Assembly: GCA_046757025.1 (NCBI GenBank)
Contig: JBHHXN010000143.1
Coordinates: 1-13,460, forward strand
Source of the DNA: a bacterium
GTDB lineage: Bacteria > Zhuqueibacterota > Zhuqueibacteria > Oceanimicrobiales > Oceanimicrobiaceae
Length of the DNA: 13,460 nucleotides
Direction of reading: 5' to 3'
The position numbers were made by a program, and so were the translations under genes. Each line of letters starts with the position of its first letter. Positions within the stretch are counted from its first letter, which is position 1. Below, one piece after another: positions 7,886 to 13,460 of the stretch. The notes below the pieces were generated by a model. That model saw only the letters and a list, made by a program, of their open reading frames with translations, was not told the DNA's origin and ran no database searches.

Positions 7886-8450
7886 TAATGACGAAATCAA
7901 AGTATTATTAGGATGTAAGTCTTATGATTTCCCCAAGTATTCCACGCAAATAATAAATCTTGCAAATCAAAACTCACAGGGTACCCGTCCCGCTGTGGTT
8001 GGTCAAATGAGTGAATTGATTCAGCAGTTCTCAGGTCAATCCATTGAAGAATGGGAAAAATGGTATTTAGAGAAACACCCTGAAGCCATTCAAAAAGCCA
8101 CTGAAAAAATTAGAAAAATGATAAAAAACCTTCAGTCTGCCATGGAGCAGATTGACGAACAGATGATTGAAAACTGGGTAAAAGATTTGGTACTCATAAA
8201 GACCTACATCGGTCTGCAATTTCAAGAGGCCATTTTGATCAAACTATCCCAACTTCATCAAACATCTTACCGATTGGCCTCGCGCGAGGAAGAATCCCAA
8301 GGTATCGATGGCTTTGTGGGAAAGATGCCGGTAAGCATCAAGCCCGAATCTTACAAATCTAAAAAAGGCTTGCAAGAATAAATCGCAGCAAAATTCGTTT
8401 ACTACAAGAAAGTCAAGGGTGGGGTCGTAATCGATCTGTCTGAGCTTTAA
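7863..8450 (+). pseudogene. MjaI-family type II restriction endonuclease with an in-frame premature stop at 8379-8381 (open frame 7863-8381, 172 aa; 195 aa if read through)
   Basis: The probable start ATG7863 overlaps the MTase end by 23 nt. FPKYSTQIINLANQNSQGTRPAVVGQMSELIQQF and EESQGIDGFVGKMPVSIKP match my recollection of the RE_MjaI family (PD-(D/E)xK-like core). After TAA the same frame continues IAAKFVYYKKVKGGVVIDLSEL to TAA8448-8450. Confidence 0.75.
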
Positions 8451-8456
8451 ATAACA

Positions 8457-8478
8457 AGCGAATTCCTCGTTCTTTTTT
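8457..8478 (+). terminator. Weak candidate intrinsic terminator after the R-M cassette
   Basis: A short stem AGCGA-attcc-TCGTT is followed by CTTTTTT, immediately after TAA8450. Confidence 0.25.
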
Positions 8479-8643
8479 ACGATTAGTTTCTGGGAGTCAG
8501 AATCGCCAAAATTCCTCTATTTTCATCGCTGACACAAAAAGAGCAATCCGGTGCAAAGATAACCAGCAGTCGTTGAGTAGCCTTTAAAGGTTGGTTTAGT
8601 TTTAAATATGCAAACCTGAAACTCGGTAAAAGGAGAAATTATC

Positions 8644-9930
8644 ATGCAGTTCAAAAAATGTCGTGAAGTTTTTCCAAACACCTTGTTTGTCGTTCTGCTC
8701 TGGGGGTTGGCCGGGCTTTTTTTTCAAGAAAGCTGTGCGACTTCAAGCCGTCGGCAGGCTAAACAATTTAGTTCCGAGAGACAACAAGCCATTCAAGATT
8801 CACTGCAAAAAGCCCGGGAATTTGAAATCCAGAAGTACCTGAGTTTTGGACGCGAAAATTGGAAAAACAAGATGTTCACCGACGCACTGCCGCATCTGTG
8901 GAAAGTGGTAGATTTGGACACAGAAAAAAAGTACCCGATGGCGTTTCAATATCTCGGTGAATGCTATCTCAAGCTTGCGAAGCCGGACAGCGCTGAATTT
9001 GTTTACCGACAAGCCATCGAAAAATATCCGGCCAATTCTTACTTTCATCGCATGCTGGGCTGGCTGCTCAATAGCCTGAGAAAATATGAGCAGGCGGTTT
9101 TCGAGTATCGGGAAGCGATTCGGCTGGATTCCGTGGCACGGGCGGATGACTATCGCGCGCTTGGGATTTTGCTGGTGCAATTGGACCGCCGACAGGAAGC
9201 GCTGCCGGTCTATGAAAAGCTCGTTGAGCTTGAGCCAGATGACATCGAGGCTTTGATTGTGCTGGCAAATCTTTATATGTTTGTTGGAGAAGAAGAAGCA
9301 TCTTTAACTGTGCAGGAGCGGGCGTTAGTACTCGACCCCCAAAATACCAAACTCCTGTACAGTCTGGGCGAAGCTTACTACAAACGCCATGAATTTGAAA
9401 AAGCTATTGCAAAATTCAAACAACTACTTACTATCACCCCCGAAGATATTTTGGCGCTGGAAATTTTAGGGTATGCCTTTCAGAATGCCGGCGATCCTAA
9501 AAACGCCATCGCAGCTTATGAAAAAGTTTTGTCCTTGAAACCTGACCACAAAAAAGTGTTGTGTGAAATGGCCACCAGTTTGAAAGAACTCAAACAATAT
9601 CGAGCAGCACGAAGTACGGTGCGCAAAGCCTTGAAAATGGATCCCCATTATGGTTATGCCAATATCGTACTGGGCGAAATTTACGAAAGCGCAGCCAACA
9701 ATTGTCTTGAACGCCGCGAAGACAAAACCATTCGTTTTGACGATAAACTGGTTTTTGAATTGGCATTTCAACAGTTTCAGAAAGCCGCAGGTGATCCGGC
9801 ATTTGCGGGCATGGCAAAAACAAAGTTGGATTACGTGAAGAACGACATTCCCACCCGTGGAGACCGACACATGCACCCTGATCAGAAATATCCTCGGTTG
9901 GATTGCTATAAATGGATCGTTGAGGATTGA
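8644..9930 (+). CDS. Tetratricopeptide-repeat protein with an N-terminal signal/anchor, possibly a lipoprotein
   Basis: RBS AGGAG (8631-8635). A basic N-terminus and hydrophobic stretch (LFVVLLWGLAGLFF) precede a Cys. Repeated ~34-aa TPR units include LLYSLGEAYYKRHEFEKAIAKFKQLLTITPED and ALEILGYAFQNAGDPKNAIAAYEKVLSLKPDH. Confidence 0.85.
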   Translation: MQFKKCREVFPNTLFVVLLWGLAGLFFQESCATSSRRQAKQFSSERQQAIQDSLQKAREFEIQKYLSFGRENWKNKMFTDALPHLWKVVDLDTEKKYPMAFQYLGECYLKLAKPDSAEFVYRQAIEKYPANSYFHRMLGWLLNSLRKYEQAVFEYREAIRLDSVARADDYRALGILLVQLDRRQEALPVYEKLVELEPDDIEALIVLANLYMFVGEEEASLTVQERALVLDPQNTKLLYSLGEAYYKRHEFEKAIAKFKQLLTITPEDILALEILGYAFQNAGDPKNAIAAYEKVLSLKPDHKKVLCEMATSLKELKQYRAARSTVRKALKMDPHYGYANIVLGEIYESAANNCLERREDKTIRFDDKLVFELAFQQFQKAAGDPAFAGMAKTKLDYVKNDIPTRGDRHMHPDQKYPRLDCYKWIVED

Positions 9931-9988
9931 ATATGGAGGGCGTGTGTCGCCATGAAATTTTTCGAAATTTTCAGGAGGATTGAATCTC

Positions 9989-11032
9989 ATGTCATTTGAA
10001 CTCTGGTCGCTGTATAAGGCAATGCTGCGCAGCCGTTTGTTTGAAGAAGCGGTAATCGAAATTTGGAACGACGGTAAAATCTCAGGTGAAATGCATCTCG
10101 GCCTCGGAGAAGAAGCGATTGTGGCAGGTGTGGTGGCGCAGCTCATCGACGGCGACGCCCTGGCGCTGGATCACCGCGGCACCCCGCCTGTGCTCATGCG
10201 CGGCGTGGATCCGCTGCTATTGCTGCGCGAGTTTTTAGGCCAACCCGACGGACTGTGTGCCGGCCGAGGCGGACACATGCACCTGTTTTCGCGTGAACAC
10301 CTTATCGCGTCGTCGGGCATTGTGGGCGCTTCCGGGCCCGCAGCCGTGGGATTTGCCCTGGCGGCCCGGCATCTTCGTCCCAAAAATCTGGCAGTGGCCT
10401 TTTTCGGAGAAGGCGCCATGAACCAGGGCATGCTCATGGAATCCTTGAATTTAGCGGTGGCCTGGAATCTGCCGGTGATCTTCGTTTGTAAGGACAGCCA
10501 GTGGGCCATCACCACTCGTTCCGAGTCGGTTACCGGCGGCAGTTTGCTCGAACGCGCCCGCAGCTTTGGCATGCCGGCGGCAGAGGTCGATGGCAGCGAC
10601 GTGGAAACGGTCTGGAAGGCCGCCGAAGTAAGCAGCGTCCGTGCCCGACGCGGCAAAGGACCCTCTTTTCTTTACGGTCAATGTTTTCATCCGGAAGGCC
10701 ATTTTTTAGGGGATCCGCTTTTGCGCGTGGCCCGGCATCCCTTGCGGGAAATGAAAGAAATCGGCGGACCTCTGCTAAAATCCGTTATGAAGGGGGATGG
10801 CGCTTCCGTAACTAAGAGGAGCGGCCGTCTGGGAACCGTAACGGCGTTGATCGGAAAAACCGCGAAAGAGCAGTGGGTCAAGCAAAAGGATCCCCTGATC
10901 GAGACTCGCTCAAAATTGCAGAAAACCGATAAAAAACGCCTGCAAAAATTAGAAACCGAAATCGCCAAAGAAATTAAAACGACCGTCGAAGCGGCATTGG
11001 CTTTTTCTGTAGAGGAGAGGGAACGCTCATGA
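9989..11032 (+). CDS. TPP-dependent dehydrogenase E1 alpha subunit (pyruvate/acetoin/2-oxoacid dehydrogenase family)
   Basis: Motifs GEMHLGLGEEA, HRG, GRGGHMH, SSGIVG, TPP-binding FFGEGAMNQG..ESLNLAVAWNLPVIFVC, EVDGSDV and GHFLGDP. ATG9989 is preferred over TTG9980 because AGGAGG (9973-9978) is 10 nt from the ATG but only 1 nt from the TTG. Confidence 0.9.
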   Translation: MSFELWSLYKAMLRSRLFEEAVIEIWNDGKISGEMHLGLGEEAIVAGVVAQLIDGDALALDHRGTPPVLMRGVDPLLLLREFLGQPDGLCAGRGGHMHLFSREHLIASSGIVGASGPAAVGFALAARHLRPKNLAVAFFGEGAMNQGMLMESLNLAVAWNLPVIFVCKDSQWAITTRSESVTGGSLLERARSFGMPAAEVDGSDVETVWKAAEVSSVRARRGKGPSFLYGQCFHPEGHFLGDPLLRVARHPLREMKEIGGPLLKSVMKGDGASVTKRSGRLGTVTALIGKTAKEQWVKQKDPLIETRSKLQKTDKKRLQKLETEIAKEIKTTVEAALAFSVEERERS

Positions 11033-12042
11033 AAAACAGGACTTTCGCACAGGCCATTGAAGACGCGCTGGCTCAGGCCATGGCCGAGGATTCCCGAGTG
11101 GTTATTTTTGGTGAAGATATCCATCTGCTGCGCGTGAACTTATTTGCGCGCTTTGGCAAGGAGCGAGTGCGCGCCGCACCCATCAGCGAAAGCGCGTTTG
11201 TGGGGGCGGCCGTGACCGCGGCCATGGCGGGATTGCGGCCGGTGGTGGAGGTGATGCTGGTGGACTTCATCGGCGTGGCCGTGGATGCCCTGCTGAATCA
11301 CGCCGCAAAGTTAGAGAGCTTTTCCAGCGGCAAATGGCAGTCGCCTCTGGTAGTACGGGCAGCTTGTGGCGGCGGTTACGGTGACGGCGGCCAACACGAG
11401 CAAACTCTGTGGGGCTGGTTAGCGCACATTCCGGGTTTGACGGTTGTGGTACCTTCAAACCCGGCCGACGCCGGCGGTTTGATGCTTTCTGCCATCGAAC
11501 ATTCGGGGCCGGTGATCTATTTGGAGCATAAATTGCTGTCGGATTACTGGCGGGATTACCTGGGGGCCGGCGGCAGAAAAACCGTACACTATGACGTGCC
11601 GCAAGCAGGAAGAGAGGGCACGGTGACCGATACTTGGCAGCCTCTTCCCCTGGGGCAGGCCACAGTCCTGCAGGAGGGCCGCGACCTCACTCTGGTGAGT
11701 GTGGGCGTGGGAGTACACCGCGCGCTGGAAGCCGCAGCGGAGCTGAAAAAACAAGAGCTGGCTTGCGAAGTCATCGATCTGCGCACAGTCTGTCCGCTGG
11801 ATAAGGAAACCATGTCTAATTCCGTTGCCAAAACCGGCCGGCTGCTGGTGGTGGATGAAGATTATGAGCGTTTCGGGCTTTCAGGAGAAATAGCGGCGCA
11901 GCTGTTAGAATCTGGTTTGAGCTTTAAATATGCCAGAGTTTGTACCCGGGAAACCATCCCGTACGCGCGTGAGCTGGAAAATCAAACTCTTCCCAACACA
12001 CAACGGATCGTTGAAGTCGCTACCCGTTTAGCGGATGGTTAG
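11029..12042 (+). CDS. TPP-dependent dehydrogenase E1 beta subunit
   Basis: ATGA overlap with the alpha gene stop. Motifs FGEDI, APISESAFVGAAV, GLRPVVEVMLVDF, QHEQ, HIPGLTVVVPS, EVIDLRTVCPLD and SVAKTGRLLVVDE. Confidence 0.9.
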   Translation: MKNRTFAQAIEDALAQAMAEDSRVVIFGEDIHLLRVNLFARFGKERVRAAPISESAFVGAAVTAAMAGLRPVVEVMLVDFIGVAVDALLNHAAKLESFSSGKWQSPLVVRAACGGGYGDGGQHEQTLWGWLAHIPGLTVVVPSNPADAGGLMLSAIEHSGPVIYLEHKLLSDYWRDYLGAGGRKTVHYDVPQAGREGTVTDTWQPLPLGQATVLQEGRDLTLVSVGVGVHRALEAAAELKKQELACEVIDLRTVCPLDKETMSNSVAKTGRLLVVDEDYERFGLSGEIAAQLLESGLSFKYARVCTRETIPYARELENQTLPNTQRIVEVATRLADG

Positions 12043-12355
12043 CGCCGAGGCCGGGCGTTGGCAGCATAGAAAATCTTGTTTAAATGAATCCATCCAAAAT
12101 GACGGCATTGAACCCGCTGCATTACCAGTGAAAGCCCTTCTCTCGTTTACACGGAATCCAAAATAGCGGGATAAGCTTTGCGAAACCATTTAGGTTAGAA
12201 TAGAGGCTAGAGAATGGTTCGGGGCCGTGACAAGGGACGTAGCGATTGGGCGGGCAATGATAACACTTTTTATAAGCCCATCGCAATGTTGAAATACCAT
12301 TGACTTGTAGGATGGTTCGGACCGCTGCACGTCAATCTCGACAAAAAAGTTTCGA

Positions 12356-12384
12356 TTGAAAATATCATTTTTGATTTGTATAAT
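12356..12384 (+). promoter_or_regulatory. Near-consensus sigma70 promoter for nagB
   Basis: TTGAAA(12356-12361)-17 nt-TATAAT(12379-12384), about 100 nt upstream of the nagB start. Confidence 0.65.
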
Positions 12385-12485
12385 GGTCAGGATTCTTTTT
12401 GAGCAAACGATCAAAATATTTGCTTTATGAGGTTTAACTGAAAAAGGTGTTCACGAAATAACGCACAATTTAAGGAGGGATTCCC

Positions 12486-13223
12486 ATGTTGGTTATCGTT
12501 AAAGATGATTATGAAAGTATGAGTGTGGAAGCGGCGCGTCGGGTAGTAGATTTGATCAAAAAGAAACCCGATTGTGTTTTGGGTCTGGCAACGGGCAGCT
12601 CGCCCCTGGGACTTTATAAAGAACTGATCAGAATGCACAAAGAAGAAGGGCTGGATTTTGCACGGGTTACCACGTTCAATCTCGATGAGTATGTAGGGCT
12701 TCCAGAGGAGCACGACCAGAGCTACCACTATTTCATGAACGAAAATTTGTTCAATCATATAAACGTCGACCGGCGATTTGTTCACGTTCCAAACGGCATG
12801 GCTGAAGATATCGAAAAAGAGTGTGAGGAATACGAGCAAAAAATTTTGGATGCAGGGGGTATCGACTTGCAAATTTTAGGCATCGGCGCCAACGGTCACA
12901 TTGCTTTTAATGAACCGTACTCATCATTGGGTTCGCGTACCCGTATCAAAACTTTGACCGAGAAAACCCGCCAGGACAATGCGCGTTTTTTCAAATCCAT
13001 GCAGGAAGTGCCCAAATACGCTATTACTATGGGGGTAGGCACCATCATGGACGCGCACACGCTCATCCTGGTGGCAAACGGAGAAGGAAAAGCCGAAGCC
13101 ATCGCTAAAACCGTGGAGGGTCCCATAACCGCTATGGTGCCCGCCACCATCGTGCAAATGCATCGGGACGCTATCATCATCGTCGACCGGGCCGCGGCTT
13201 CGAAATTAAAATTGCAAACCTGA
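12486..13223 (+). CDS. nagB: Glucosamine-6-phosphate deaminase
   Basis: RBS AAGGAGG (12472-12478). Signature motifs LGLATGSSP, TFNLDEYVGL, GGIDLQILGIGANGHIAFNEP and AITMGVGTI; 245 aa. Confidence 0.97.
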   Translation: MLVIVKDDYESMSVEAARRVVDLIKKKPDCVLGLATGSSPLGLYKELIRMHKEEGLDFARVTTFNLDEYVGLPEEHDQSYHYFMNENLFNHINVDRRFVHVPNGMAEDIEKECEEYEQKILDAGGIDLQILGIGANGHIAFNEPYSSLGSRTRIKTLTEKTRQDNARFFKSMQEVPKYAITMGVGTIMDAHTLILVANGEGKAEAIAKTVEGPITAMVPATIVQMHRDAIIIVDRAAASKLKLQT

Positions 13224-13267
13224 ATCACTGGCGTTGGCTTTGCAATGGCTTGGTTACGGAGCCGGCA

Positions 13268-13289
13268 CGCTCAGGGGAGCGACAATTTT
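13268..13289 (+). terminator. Candidate terminator hairpin downstream of nagB
   Basis: A CGCTC-aggg-GAGCG stem is followed by ACAATTTT. The U-tract is displaced and short. Confidence 0.3.
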
Positions 13290-13460
13290 GAAGAATAATC
13301 TCAATATTGGTTTTTTGAGGGGGTACAACCTTTGGCGCCTTTGTTCGAAATTAATTGCAACTGTGAGCAGCAACGGAATTTTCGTGATCTATTTTTTGTT
13401 ATAAAACTCAAGTTTCGCAGTTGTGTAATCAATGGTTTTTAAGGTATTTTTCTTAACCTG

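Noticed and set aside
8581..8590. Perfect palindrome CCTTTAAAGG upstream of the TPR gene
   Set aside because: A single short palindrome with no second copy or promoter context; insufficient support.
6392..8621. ACCTGAAA at 6392-6399 and 8614-8621 as a target-site duplication flanking the R-M cassette
   Set aside because: An 8-bp match between AT-rich intergenic regions is expected by chance, and there is no recombinase or terminal inverted repeat.
9466..10146. 226-aa minus-strand ORF and other antisense ORFs (1599-2222, 6659-7141, 10171-10656, 12411-12872)
   Set aside because: They lie antisense to confidently identified genes and have no domain signatures; such ORFs are expected by-products of codon bias.
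12041..12059. AGCGCC start resembling a glmS ribozyme upstream of an amino-sugar gene
   Set aside because: The downstream conserved GACGAGG core and pseudoknot elements are absent. It is only a short AGCGCC/GGCGTT hairpin overlapping the E1 beta stop, without a U-tract.
12214..12320. GGTTCG words as tRNA T-loops
   Set aside because: No cloverleaf, acceptor stem or GGTTCRANTCC context could be built around either copy.
1..13460. CRISPR array, rRNA, tRNA, transposase or integrase
   Set aside because: No regularly spaced repeats, no RNA-gene signatures and no ORFs with such motifs were seen.

Overview
A bacterial window with nine genes, all on the + strand. An amino-sugar/peptidoglycan-salvage neighbourhood forms the frame: a 5'-truncated GH3 NagZ-type N-acetylglucosaminidase fused to an AmiE-like serine beta-lactamase-fold domain, two dissimilar sodium:solute symporters, and nagB at the right end. 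Three blocks lie between the symporters and nagB. (i) An AT-rich type II restriction-modification cassette: an m4C-type beta-class methyltransferase with a C-terminal, apparently catalytically dead staphylococcal-nuclease-like domain, overlapping an MjaI-family endonuclease gene broken by an in-frame TAA 22 sense codons before its probable natural end. (ii) An exported TPR protein. (iii) A TPP-dependent E1 alpha/beta pair with no adjacent E2/E3, carrying large insertions and altered active-site motifs. Intergenic regions hold operator-like palindromes, a REP/dRS3-like hairpin followed by a 16-codon ORF with a strong RBS, a structured segment upstream of a near-consensus nagB promoter, and CTAG appears nearly absent from the window. 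All family calls come from motif recognition by eye; no searches were run.
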